Positions 42,806 to 57,799 of a DNA stretch of 64,000 nucleotides are shown in pieces. Location: the NCBI GenBank assembly GCA_964016885.1, contig OZ024742.1:130882001-130946000 (forward strand). The letters are read 5' to 3'. The notes beneath the pieces are model-generated. The model had not been told where the DNA came from. It saw only the letters and a list, made by a program, of their open reading frames with translations, and searched no databases. The DNA comes from Eledone cirrhosa. Lineage: Eukaryota. Position numbers and translations under genes: made by a program. Within the stretch, counting starts at the first letter, position 1; every line of letters begins with the position of its first letter.

Positions 42806-43135
42806 AAGTATACCTATAAATTAATTTAATTTCCTGTTATGAATCTAGATTCCTTGTAGTTTATATAAGATTAGTATTTCTCACTACTACCCTTATCCCA
42901 ACATTTTACTTTCCTTCGTTTTTAACAATACTCTTTAATAAAATCTAATTCTTATTTATCACATTCATATGAATTAATATAAATTTATCCCTATAAGTAT
43001 ACCTATCAATTAATTTAATTTCTTGTTAGAGATCTAAATTCCTTTAAATAAGATTGGTATTTCTCACTAATACCCTTACCCTAAAATTTGATTTTCCTTC
43101 GTTTTTAACATTATTCTTTAATAACATCAAATTTT
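42806..43135 (+). repeat. ~190-bp diverged tandem duplication in the PLE-1 3' region
   Basis: aagtatacctat.aattaatttaattt..tgtta..atcta.attcctt..taagatt.gtatttctcacta..taccctta occurs at ~42806 and ~42996. Confidence 0.75.
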
Positions 43136-43623
43136 CGTGTACCCTTGACCTCTTTTCATCCCCAAAGAATTCTTTTCATTCAAAACATAAGTCTGCACTT
43201 CTCTACCCCTAAATTAAATTTCTACTACCACTATTCTATCAACTTGACCTCTAACTACTTTTCTATTGGTCAATTCAAAACCTGTTCCCAAACATACCTT
43301 TTATATTAAATCTTTGTTGTTTTTTTTCAATAAACAAATCTCATCATTTGTGAAGACAGCATATATATGTGAAGGTATGTATATTTCCTCTGATAATTTG
43401 TAATATTTTTACATAGATCTATATGATATACATACCAACACACACATATACATCCTAGAAACGATTGTAAAATGATGAATTTTTTAATATAAATAACTTG
43501 TTCTTTGTTTTTATTTCATTGTTTTTATTAATTTATCTTGACTCTGTTTTCCTATGATATTTGGATTACATTGAATTCTTCATACGGATTGGACACTACC
43601 GTATATTCTGGTAGATTCCCCCC

Positions 43624-43684
<61 letters not shown>

Positions 43685-43796
43685 TAAGAGGAATTCCAAC
43701 TTTGTCTGATTTACTCGTTTTATTTACAATCCTTTAAAATTTATAATGGTATTATAATGAAATAGTATGATAGAATATTACATTCTAAGTGTTAAT

Positions 43797-43835
43797 TGAA
43801 CAAGTACTTTCATGCTTTCGCAATCTTCAGGTTCA
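43797..43835 (-). ncRNA. Minimal type I hammerhead-like motif
   Basis: UGAAC-CUGAAGA-UUGC(GAAA)GCAU-GAAA-GUAC-UU/GUUCA; one mismatch closing stem II. Confidence 0.65.
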
Positions 43836-44137
43836 TAATATGTGGTGACAGTCAAGTTTGCAATTTTCAACTGTAATAAGATGGGTACATTTTCTACCTT
43901 TTATACAGGGAAAAGTGGCTCCAGAATGCTAAATCTTGCAAACTGTATTTCGACCAATCAGTGTGTAGTTTCACTGAATTACTAAAGCTGATTGGTTTAA
44001 GCGTCACGGCTGGTTGAGCATGTCTAACGACCAATAATTAATCATATCCAAAGCATCAATTGTATTGCTATTTTTAGAAATGATGAAAATAGCATTTTCT
44101 ATTAATCATCACCATCAACATCACTTTTTTAATTATT

Positions 44138-44176
<39 letters not shown>

Positions 44177-44334
44177 AGTGGTCGTAGTCATAGTCATAGT
44201 AGAAATAATACCCTTAAGCGTTATTATTGTTCATTTAGCTTGGGTTTGAATTTATCAATAAAATTCTTTTCTTTGATTTTTCTCTTCGCTTCCACGTTGT
44301 TTTTGTGTTTTTTGTTTACTGTCTCAACTATAAA

Positions 44335-45887
<1,553 letters not shown>

Positions 45888-45909
45888 CATACATACATAT
45901 ATATACTGA

Positions 45910-46009
<100 letters not shown>

Positions 46010-46170
46010 GAGAATTAAAATACTAGAGTGTGTTGGAGTTAAACACCCTCTTCATATTATAGAAATGACAGTATAAGATATAGCTCAATGTAATTAAACA
46101 GAGCCGAAGAATTATAAATATGTTTAAAAATAAACCAAAGAAGCCTTCAATACATCAAAAGTCTTTATTA

Positions 46171-46208
46171 GCCAACAATGTTTCGTCCTATTAAGGACTT
46201 ATCAGGGC
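46171..46208 (-). ncRNA. Minimal hammerhead motif of PLE-2 (inverted copy at 48271-48308, + strand)
   Basis: GCC-CUGAU(G/A)A-GUCCU(UAAU)AGGAC-(G/A)AAA-CAUUG-UU/GGC; each copy has one different core mutation. Confidence 0.75.
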
Positions 46209-47799
46209 AAGTAAAGCTACAAGAAGCACTATCGGCCAATACAAGCCAAAAACTCAGAAGAATATGGAGTATACATCTATTAAAGCCCAGGAAAGATATC
46301 AAGGAAAAGTAGGCTAAGATTAAGAGTGAGCAGTTACAAACATAGATATAGACCAAATAGCAAGGAAGTGATTAATATGTTGAACCCACATTGTAAATAT
46401 TATATAATGCAAAAACTTGAAACACAAATGGTAATATAATGCGAGAATTACAGTACGATATAGAATATAATATAATATAATAGATGGTGATAATAAAAAG
46501 CTTAATATATGTATATATATATATCTATACATATATACATTAGTACAAACACAAACTAACACATATTAAGTATTTAAATATATATTTATATATATATTGT
46601 TTACAGTATAATATAATAAAGATAAAAATAAGAATAAAGATAAAAATTAAAATAAAATATAATATATAATTCCCTGTCAGTGTGCATAAACAATATAAAA
46701 ACATTATAACATTATAATAACAATATTATAATATATTGGCATCAAAAGATATACAAAATTACATCATATATATAATTCAAGGTTAACAAATAGTATAAAG
46801 TTTTACACAGGGTAAGAAAAAATCATATATAGTGTTGAAAAAATTGTGTTGAAAAAAATATCTATACCATTGTAACAAATACACGGAGGTCAAGTCGTTT
46901 TACATTGGCATAAGTATTACCAAAATATCACAAAATATCACAAAATATATCAGAACAGTACTTTAAATAACATATATTAAAATCTATAATACGATTACAT
47001 AAAAATGATATGATATAACAACATTAATATCAAATATCAAACAGAGTCTAAGGAAATGCTTAATAAATATTTACGTGGTTGAGATACACAGGCATATATT
47101 AATGAACAGCGTGTGGTAGTAAAAAAAAAAAAAATAAACCGAAGATCGAAAAACAAAAACAAGTATATTTACTTAGGTGTCACAAGCGGTTAAGTAAAAG
47201 AAGAGATAGAAATGTAAGCGGCGAATTGACTAGAAAACCTTTTTAAATTAATTAATATTAAAAGTATTTAAAATACATATTAAGTCACTTCAAAATTGGC
47301 TATAGTTTAAGTCATCAAAAACGTATAAGTTTGAGATATTTCAATAAAAATATCAAGAATAGAGTAAAATATGCTCCGTTCAGTCATAACGTTTTCAAAT
47401 AAAAGGACTCTAAATAGAAGTATGGTAGACCAATGGGAACAGAAAGAAGAGAGGTTATGGAGGATAGGAAGGAACATAAAAGTAAAATCAATATATTATA
47501 TAATATCATAAAAGGAGCATAAAGGTGAAATTTATATATAGTATAATAGAAGGGGCGGATATTAAGTGTGTAGAGGAGGAGGTACATTAGTTGAATGAGA
47601 CTCCAACCAAAGTATTTAATAAGATATAAACCCATAAGGTGTTAGTAGTGAAACTATAATAATGCTTAAGACGATAGATAGGGTATGGTAGCCAAAAGAC
47701 TATGGAAACTAAAATCGAAAAGTAGTAAAAAAACTAATAATAATAAATATGATGGTAATCAAAATGAACCTAAACAAAAAAGATAAGGAAATATAGCAG

Positions 47800-48252
47800 C
47801 TAATGGATACGATTTAAACTACCAGAACTTTTAGGTCTATAATAGAAGAAAGAATTAGAAATGGCATGGGGGCAGGAAGAAAATATCTCAGACTTTCCAT
47901 TAAGCAAAACTTCCCTAGAGAAAATTATAGAGTGGATCTCTAGGATACAGAGATTACAGAATTTAGTCTGTGTTGATAGGTTATTAGAGCGTGCTACTAT
48001 ACGCCAATTAAGGCTATATGGCATGCCTGCCCCTTTAAGATCCCAGATATGGTGTGCTAAAGAAGTAGAGTTCTTAAACTTAACATGCTTAAAATTAGAG
48101 ATATGAGAATTAAACCTAGTTTTAAAAGTATTAGATGTGGAGCCTATATATGTGCTATTAGAAGAATCAGTCTTAACTTCACAAGCATAAACAATGTTCC
48201 TAGAGAGGCAATGACCATTTAAAGGGCAGTTAATACTTACTCTACAGTTACG
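47800..48252 (-). pseudogene. Penelope-like GIY-YIG endonuclease fragment
   Basis: RNCRVSINCPLNGHC..NIVYAC..YIGSTSNTFKTRFNSH..TSLAHHIW..CNLCILE..LLNGKSEIFSSCPH; open across this fragment but 5'-truncated. Confidence 0.88.
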
Positions 48253-48391
48253 CTTCTTGTAGCTTTACTTGCCCTGATGAGTCCTTAATAGGACAAAACA
48301 TTGTTGGCTAATAAAGACTTTTGATGTATTGAAGGGTTCTTTGGTTTATTTATTTTTTTTTAATAATTTTTTTTATATATGTATATATATA

Positions 48392-48524
<133 letters not shown>

Positions 48525-48731
48525 GTTTGTGTCTTTGTCCTGTGCGCCCTACTGTTTTGAATATATATACACATGCTATATCATATTATTTATTTAACTT
48601 CATACACAGAAGTAAACGACTATCCAAGGTTTTAAGGTCCAATTACGACCATCTTCCCAGATTGTAAGAGCGATCAAATTTCTGACCTAGTCATCAGACG
48701 TTTGGATGAGTTTACTACACACACACACACA

Positions 48732-48801
<70 letters not shown>

Positions 48802-48816
48802 GAACGGAAAATTCCT

Positions 48817-48916
48817 AATAAATTAACCGCGGTTTCAATTGTCAAGAAACAGCATTGAACATTTCAATACATAAAGTAGTCAATAATAAAGATGACAATT
48901 CTCTTCAGAGCCCATT
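48817..48916 (-). ncRNA. Degenerate hammerhead-like motif next to a (TA)n tract
   Basis: CUGAAGA-G-AAUUGUCA..UGACAAUU-GAAA-CCGCGG-UU; stem I only via G-U pairs. Confidence 0.45.
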
Positions 48917-49334
48917 CTTTGAAAGTATAAAATAATATTTCTCTGTTTCTTTATATTGAAGTTGTTTTATTTTAGGTTTCTAGGAATATGTAAACATGCC
49001 AAGAAATACGTATTTCCCTGTAAATTGCACCTTTAATTAGGTCTTCATCAGAAGCCGTATATTTCATCGAAACATGTATTTGGTGGGTTTATATTATTAT
49101 CCATTCGTTCTTGGTTTTATTCTGAAATGGACGTACTAATTTGCATATAATTAAAGCTCGTGTTGGTAATTAATTAAGACAATTTAGTTATCCGAAGATA
49201 ATGCAATTATCCACAGTGAATAATTTAATTATATTTTGATTAACATGTCAATCGAACTATGACCATAGAGTTACGGTTCTTGAAAGGGACTGAAAAAAAA
49301 AATTCATATCTGTCTGTCTATCTATCTATCTGCT

Positions 49335-49422
<88 letters not shown>

Positions 49423-49459
49423 ACACAATCGGTACAGTATATGGAAGGTATATATATAT

Positions 49460-50530
49460 ATTTACAAAAGCTTTTGACACCGTGAAACTACCCAGCTTGT
49501 GGCAACTCTTAAAACAAAACCTCAATTAACAAGAAATGCATCAACCCATTGAAAGAAACGTACACCAACTCAACAGCATATATCAAAATAGACTTGGGAA
49601 CTACACGCTGTATAGACATCTTGAAGGGAGTTAAGCAGGGGGATGTACTATCAGCACTTCTTTTCTGTATAGTTATAGCTGCACTTATTTACCAAACTGA
49701 AAAAGAATGCTCCTCTGGCTATCAAATAGGAGATAAAATCCTATCAAATCTTAGCTATGCAGACGATCTGGCCATCATGAGTTACTCTAGAACTGATCTG
49801 CAAGACTTTATGAATGTACTGGCCAAACATTCGCTGGACGCTGGCTTACACATCAACATCTCCAAAACAAAATGTATGACAACTGATAAAAACAATACCA
49901 ATCTCCAATTCACAATCTACAACCAGAAAATTGCTCAAGTTACAGAGTTTGTGTGTCTCGGTCACAAACTATCATCACACAACAATGGAATAGTTGCTGC
50001 GCAATATCGAATAGCTCTAGGTTGGGCAGCTTTCAACAAGAACAAGGAATTACTTACATCAAAACGAGTTTCCTATCATTTGAAGGCTAAGATCTTTGAT
50101 ACTTACATCCTACCAGTTGTGTTATATTGTCTTGACTGTGTTAATTGGACGACAAGGTCACTTTAGAAGCTCTCTACATTCCAGAACCACATCATGAGAC
50201 TTATGACTTGCAAGCGGCTCAGCGACCGTATCTGTATCAGTGAGCTGCTCAGCATTACCAAACTTAAACCAATTACATCAATTGTCAAGTCAAGAGTACT
50301 CAAACTATACGGCCATATAAAAGATCAACTAGTGGTGTGAGTCGGTTATGCTTGGAAGTAAGGTTGGCTGGTAAGAGAAGCAGAGGCTGGCAGCCAAAAC
50401 GATGGCTTGATAATGTCAACTTATGGACTGGACTTGATCTTTGCACTTTAAACTCTGCTGCTGGGGATAGAACTTTGTGGCGATAGATATCACATGTTAA
50501 TGCGCCATCTGCAACTGGCGGAGTTTAGCG
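49460..50530 (+). mobile_element. RTE-like LINE 3' fragment
   Basis: KAFD upstream; ORF 49549-50166 with GVKQGDVLS, YADD, GLHINISKTK, ILPVVLY; degenerate YGH..G.R..G..KRW tail. Confidence 0.85.
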
Positions 50531-50609
50531 TCACAAGAGATATTAAAAGATTCAGGACACCGACGTCTGAGCTCTGTCCGTTTCAACAGTTTGATCCAAA
50601 CAACTCTGG

Positions 50610-50732
<123 letters not shown>

Positions 50733-51419
50733 GGAAGAAGTATTAATTTATTTTTTTAATATTTCCAGGATAGATTTTTCTTACTGAGATATTAATTTCA
50801 ATTTTAGATATTGATACTTTGATGGTGATGCTATAATGTATCTATATATTTATGAATGGTTTATTAATTAGTTGATGGTCTATTTTATATTACTTACGGA
50901 AGCTTTAATTCTATACTCTGCGGAATGTCTTATATATTTTATGTAAACAAGTATTAAATATGTCAGGTCGTTTATTGAGAATGTTGTGCCTACTATTTAT
51001 GATGTGCAAAGTCTCTGTAGTATAGCGATCACACCCACAAGATTTCCCTATATGAATAGATCTATATCTTCTGGAAAATATAAAAATATAAATTAACAGT
51101 TCTTCAATGCCATACTATGAATCAAGCGACAAATCTGGTAATCTGTTACCCCAGCCAGCTTACAATCATCAATGCTAGCAACAATACTACCGCCCACATA
51201 TAATAAAATTGCTACAAGAGAAATCTGGCCATATGTGTACTGGTTGGCGAAGTGAATAACACGTTCGACTAGTAGCATGTAAATGGAAAATTACATCTCA
51301 TTCGTATGTTTGCCTGAAGAGAACGTCTAAGAGAATCAATATATAGCTACCTTACATCTTCAAAATACGTATAACGAATAAAAGAGGGATGTACAAATAA
51401 AACCGTCTCTCTTATTTAT

Positions 51420-51461
<42 letters not shown>

Positions 51462-51467
<6 letters not shown>

Positions 51468-54400
51468 CAAATAACGAAACGAAATTAAATTTCGTTTCGT
51501 TTGTAACTCACTTTTGTATGACTGACGCTTAAACAATTAAGTTAAAAATGTACATCCACATATGTATACTGAAATACTAGTATGCATATGAATACACACA
51601 CGTGTACATATGTAGATGTACCGAGTTTTCACTGGTCACTTTACTGTGAGTGTCCAGCTATTCCGTATGTAGACACACAGACAAACCGGTTCTTAGAGTC
51701 ATACTGGTTTTTGAGGAAACACCTTTCCTCTATTCTCCAGAAAGCCAGACAAGGAATATTGGACTAGTTTCGATGTTGTTACATCTCATCAGCAATATTT
51801 ACCTATCTTCCGGCTTCTCTAGAGAATCGTGAAAGCACATATCGTTATATGCTTTTTCTATGAAAATTAGTAGTGGGCAGACCAATTTGCATAGAGCGTG
51901 AGTACGTACCGGTTCAACGGAGACGATAAAAACAAATAACGAAACGAAATTAAATTTCGTTTCGTTTGTAACTCACTTTTGTATGACTGACGCTTAAACA
52001 ATTAAGTTAAAAATGTACATCCACATATGTATACTGAAATACTAGTATGCATATGAATACACACACGTGTACATATGTAGATGTACCGAGTTTTCACTGG
52101 TCACTTTACTGTGAGTGTCCAGCTATTCCGTATGTAGACACACAGACAAACCGGTTCTTAGAGTCATACTGGTTTTTGAGGAAACACCTTTCCTCTATTC
52201 TCCAGAAAGCCAGACAAGGAATATTGGACTAGTTTCGATGTTGTTACATCTCATCAGCAATATTTACCTATCTTCCGGCTTCTCTAGAGAATCGTGAAAG
52301 CACATATCGTTATATGCTTTTTCTATGAAAATTAGTAGTGGGCAGACCAATTTGCATAGAGCGTGAGTACGTACCGGTTCAACGGAGACGATAAAAACAA
52401 ATAACGAAACGAAATTAAATTTCGTTTCGTTTGTAACTCACTTTTGTATGACTGACGCTTAAACAATTAAGTTAAAAATGTACATCCACATATGTATACT
52501 GAAATACTAGTATGCATATGAATACACACACGTGTACATATGTAGATGTACCGAGTTTTCACTGGTCACTTTACTGTGAGTGTCCAGCTATTCCGTATGT
52601 AGACACACAGACAAACCGGTTCTTAGAGTCATACTGGTTTTTGAGGAAACACCTTTCTCTAGAGAAGCCGGAAGATAGGTAAATATTGCTGATGAGATGT
52701 AACAACATCGAAACTAGTCCAATATTCCTTGTCTGGCTTTCTGGAGAATAGAGGAAAGGTGTTTCCTCAAAAACCAGTATGACTCTAAGAACCGGTTTGT
52801 CTGTGTGTCTACATACGGAATAGCTGGACACTCACAGTAAAGTGACCAGTGAAAACTCGGTACATCTACATATGTACACGTGTGTGTATTCATATGCATA
52901 CTAGTATTTCAGTATACATATGTGGATGTACATTTTTAACTTAATTGTTTAAGCGTCAGTCATACAAAAGTGAGTTACAAACGAAACGAAATTTAATTTC
53001 GTTTCGTTATTTGTTTTTATCGTCTCCGTTGAACCGGTACGTACTCACGCTCTATGCAAATTGGTCTGCCCACTACTAATTTTCATAGAAAAAGCATATA
53101 ACGATATGTGCTTTCACGATTCTCTAGAGAAGCCGGAAGATAGGTAAATATTGCTGATGAGATGTAACAACATCGAAACTAGTCCAATATTCCTTGTCTG
53201 GCTTTCTGGAGAATAGAGGAAAGGTGTTTCCTCAAAAACCAGTATGACTCTAAGAACCGGTTTGTCTGTGTGTCTACATACGGAATAGCTGGACACTCAC
53301 AGTAAAGTGACCAGTGAAAACTCGGTACATCTACATATGTACACGTGTGTGTATTCATATGCATACTAGTATTTCAGTATACATATGTGGATGTACATTT
53401 TTAACTTAATTGTTTAAGCGTCAGTCATACAAAAGTGAGTTACAAACGAAACGAAATTTAATTTCGTTTCGTTATTTGTTTTTATCGTCTCCGTTGAACC
53501 GGTACGTACTCACGCTCTATGCAAATTGGTCTGCCCACTACTAATTTTCATAGAAAAAGCATATAACGATATGTGCTTTCACGATTCTCTAGAGAAGCCG
53601 GAAGATAGGTAAATATTGCTGATGAGATGTAACAACATCGAAACTAGTCCAATATTCCTTGTCTGGCTTTCTGGAGAATAGAGGAAAGGTGTTTCCTCAA
53701 AAACCAGTATGACTCTAAGAACCGGTTTGTCTGTGTGTCTACATACGGAATAGCTGGACACTCACAGTAAAGTGACCAGTGAAAACTCGGTACATCTACA
53801 TATGTACACGTGTGTGTATTCATATGCATACTAGTATTTCAGTATACATATGTGGATGTACATTTTTAACTTAATTGTTTAAGCGTCAGTCATACAAAAG
53901 TGAGTTACAAACGAAACGAAATTTAATTTCGTTTCGTTATTTGTTTTTATCGTCTCCGTTGAACCGGTACGTACTCACGCTCTATGCAAATTGGTCTGCC
54001 CACTACTAATTTTCATAGAAAAAGCATATAACGATATGTGCTTTCACGATTCTCTAGAGAAGCCGGAAGATAGGTAAATATTGCTGATGAGATGTAACAA
54101 CATCGAAACTAGTCCAATATTCCTTGTCTGGCTTTCTGGAGAATAGAGGAAAGGTGTTTCCTCAAAAACCAGTATGACTCTAAGAACCGGTTTGTCTGTG
54201 TGTCTACATACGGAATAGCTGGACACTCACAGTAAAGTGACCAGTGAAAACTCGGTACATCTACATATGTACACGTGTGTGTATTCATATGCATACTAGT
54301 ATTTCAGTATACATATGTGGATGTACATTTTTAACTTAATTGTTTAAGCGTCAGTCATACAAAAGTGAGTTACAAACGAAACGAAATTTAATTTCGTTTC

Positions 54401-54799
54401 GTTATTTGTTTTTATCGTCTCCGTTGAACCGGTACGTACTCACGCTCTATGCAAATTGGTCTGCCCACTACTAATTTTCATAGAAAAAGCATATAACGAT
54501 ATGTGCTTTCACGATTCTCTAGAGAAGCCGGAAGATAGGTAAATATTGCTGATGAGATGTAACAACATCGAAACTAGTCCAATATTCCTTGTCTGGCTTT
54601 CTGGAGAATAGAGGAAAGGTGTTTCCTCAAAAACCAGTATGACTCTAAGAACCGGTTTGTCTGTGTGTCTACATACGGAATAGCTGGACACTCACAGTAA
54701 AGTGACCAGTGAAAACTCGGTACATCTACATATGTACACGTGTGTGTATTCATATGCATACTAGTATTTCAGTATACATATGTGGATGTACATTTTTAA

Positions 54800-54803
<4 letters not shown>
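51462..54803. mobile_element. Retrozyme-like array 2: variant 465-bp unit, ~2.6 copies then ~4.6 inverted copies, inserted in (TA)n
   Basis: Same unit as array 1 with about 6 fixed substitutions; inversion junction at 52655-52657; 7 intact hammerhead motifs. Confidence 0.85.
52682..52726 (+). ncRNA. Hammerhead ribozyme (also 53147, 53612, 54077, 54542 on +; 51755 and 52220 on -)
   Basis: Core identical to array 1. Confidence 0.9.
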
Positions 54804-54867
<64 letters not shown>

Positions 54868-54870
<3 letters not shown>

Positions 54871-55836
54871 TGGCGGACTGGTCAGGTTGCCCAATGGCAA
54901 GTGGGCCCCAGGGGGCTCACGGTAGCATTGCAAGAGCCTACAGTAGCATTACAAGGCCCACTATAGTACTTTAGGGGCCAATGCTTTGCTTTACAAAAAT
55001 ACCTGGAATCTAAGAGAAAGAATAAATACAAAAAAACAAATAAGCAAAGCATTTGGTCAACCAAGGAGTGGGAGAAATGAGGTGGAACAGAAGTGAAACA
55101 TGGATTGCAGGTTAAAATGTAGTCTAGATAGATGAGAAACAAAACGAGGATGTAGTTTATGGAACAACCAAGTGATTTAGAAGTCAATCTTAAGTAGGAG
55201 CAATAACATTAAGAAACACATGGACGACACCACATGATTTTGTTTTGAAAATAGGTTTACAAGTATGAATTTTCATAAGATTTTCGTAGTTGTCTCAGTG
55301 GACTAGCGGTAGGTACTAGAGCCGGTGGAGATCATGGCCTTGGGTTCAATTCTGGTCAAGAGGTACACGTAACCTTTTTCACTGTTTATTTTACCACCAA
55401 TAGAAAAAAACCGAAAACGATTACTGGGAACCCTATTGAGGATTGAGCTTCAGACTAGGACCACCACCGTCTATAATTCCGCCAAGTAGGCCACTGAGAC
55501 AGCTACAAAGGTATAATGAAAATTGATAATTATAAACCTACTTTCAAAATCAAAGTTAAAAAGATGTGGTGTCGTTCATGGCTTTCCTAGATATATTAGT
55601 AATATTTAGGGTCGACTTCTGGTCATTATTGAAAGTCTCTGGATTTCACATAATATATTTTATTGGAGAAGGTGAGATAATTTTTCGCAAAAATTTGATT
55701 GCACTGTTTTGTTTCCACTTATGTATTTTTCGAAAATGTTATTTATTAATTATAAAAATTAAATGATAGCATTCTATATGTAGGTGGGCTCCCTTCATCT
55801 CCCGGCAACCAATTTTTTAGACCCAGTCAGCCACTG
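54868..55836. mobile_element. Non-autonomous DNA transposon (hAT-like MITE) in (TA)n
   Basis: TIRs cagtggcggactgg / ccagtcagccactg (13/14 match); TATATATA on both sides; no ORF. Confidence 0.7.
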
Positions 55837-56989
55837 TATATATATATATATAAAATGTATATGCACATATATGTTTATTAGGTGGAAAGGTAATCAGTAC
55901 ATAGTTGATGTTGTAAAATAAGGCACGGCGCTCCGTTAAGTATTACTAATGCGAACTTTCTTCGTTTAGATATACAAACGGCAGTTCCAGAGACTGCTGT
56001 TTCCAGCAGAGCAAATATTTCTAAAAATGTAAATATTTGTAAATCTCACTTTTGAGGTTGAGGCTTTTTTCCGGTATTACTTTTATATGCAACAAAATTT
56101 TGGCTTTCTCACTGTTGATGTATGGCTTGGGCTTTTCCAATATTCTCCAACATATTTTAAAGGTACACTTTTATCTTTTAATTTTCATAACTGTTTCAAC
56201 GATTTTAATTCTTAGACTTTGAAAGCAGAATCATGCTAGTAAAATTTCTAATTATACTTACCTTCTACCAGACCGACATCTTTTTCTGCCTATTGCTTGG
56301 TCGGTATTCTCAGGAGTAAATTCTAATTCATATACAATCAATTTATGTTACCAGACTGTTGCAGTAGGCATTCGTCCGTTTTTCCTGCACGGTATCCAGG
56401 TTATTCATTGGGTTTATTTCATGACTTCATGGAAGAGGCACATGAATAACTGATTTTGACGGACAACTTGGAGTATTCCTAGAATTAATGGTTAAATTTT
56501 TTTCCCTATAGCACACGTATAGTAAAATATCCAGCAGGCGCTCCGAAAAAGTCAGATATTCGTGTGTCCCCACCATGAAATCAATAAAAATTGAAAGACA
56601 ACCTGGATGACATGAAATGTCAGTACGAGCGTGTGCGCGCATATGTGAATGGACAGATAAATCAATATCGATCCCATATTGATAATATATACGTATGTAA
56701 CAGATAAACTTTCAATAATTTTTCTATTTTTCTTTTCATCCAGCTATTTTCTCCAACTCATACTAGAGTTATCTACATTCTATCACTTCAATTCTTTCAT
56801 GAAATTTCATATTTTTTCTCATCTTTTCTCACAAAACTTTTGCAAAATCTCGTTCGGCCATTTGAATGCTACTTTAATATATTACTAACATCAACAGCTT
56901 GCAGTTCTGCAAGATTTGTTAGCTCATGAAACCCTTGGCTAAAAAATTAATTATCGTGAGTATGAATCATAATAAATAAATATTAGCGC

Positions 56990-57035
<46 letters not shown>

Positions 57036-57042
<7 letters not shown>

Positions 57043-57217
57043 CGGTGGCCACGTCTGAAAAGGAAATTTCTTTATCAACAATAAACACACACACTCATAT
57101 ATATACGCAGAAAAAAAAGAGTGCTCTTTCTTCTGCATATATCCACGAGTATATAAACACATATGTATGTGCACGTGTGATTAAAAATCTCTTTGTCAGA
57201 CATGGCCATCGATGTAT
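57036..57217. mobile_element. Small MITE-like inverted-repeat element
   Basis: acacatcggtggccacgtctgaaaagga versus tctttgtcagacatggccatcgatgtat (imperfect TIR of ~28 bp or more), TA-flanked. Confidence 0.55.
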
Positions 57218-57799
57218 ATGTTTGTTACATTTGAACAAGGGAATTTGAGTGTTTTATTAAAAATTACCCTATAAAGCCTGTAAGCTATAGCTAGTTTCCG
57301 GAAGCAATGTTATTTCAGTTGATAAACAAGAGAAATTGTGGCTTGTAATATAATTTCAAGTAGAAGTCGATGTTTAGAAATTAGTTGATTTAATCAAAGT
57401 CATGCCTCAAACTATTTAGATACTGAGAGATGTCCTGAACAAATTTTTCTTTCATTATTCATGAAAATGCCATAATTTTCATGAGACAACGAAACACTAA
57501 AATTCATTTCAGAATTCGTACAATGAACTAAAAAGTGATTCGATGAAGGATTGAATGGATGAATAAAGGGTTAAAGACAACAGTAAACAAATGAGAGAGA
57601 GAGAGAGGGGAATGAGTGAGAAAGTTAGAGAGAGAAAGGAAAGGAAAGAGATGAGAGAAAAAGAAAAAAGAGAGACAAGTGAAAGAAAGAGCTAGAAAAT
57701 GACAAAGAAAACGTTAGAGGAAATCTATTGAGAGAAACGATATTTTTAGAACGTATTTTTGTATTTATAATTTGCGGCAAATTAATGTTGATGGCGATG

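Larger units (their letters stand above)
41229..43620 (+). mobile_element. 5'-truncated Penelope-like element with inverted 5' segment (PLE-1)
   Basis: Degenerate reading NRRVTWYNAPFN..TVKFSYS..CNCR..NIVYKC..YIGATSNQFKIRFNTHK..CRLC..LLNKRQE..CNH (GIY-YIG). 41229-41523 is an inverted copy of 43242-43536; (TA)n flanks. Confidence 0.85.
46010..48378 (-). mobile_element. 5'-truncated Penelope-like element with inverted 5' segment (PLE-2)
   Basis: GIY-YIG coding at 47800-48252. 48252-48352 is an inverted copy of ~46127-46227; long AT-rich 3' region; (TA)n flanks. Confidence 0.85.

Noticed and set aside
51299-51378. Hammerhead next to array 2
   Set aside because: CUGAAGA and palindromic UACGUA are present, but the core reads AAAA and stem I is out of register; too degraded to call.
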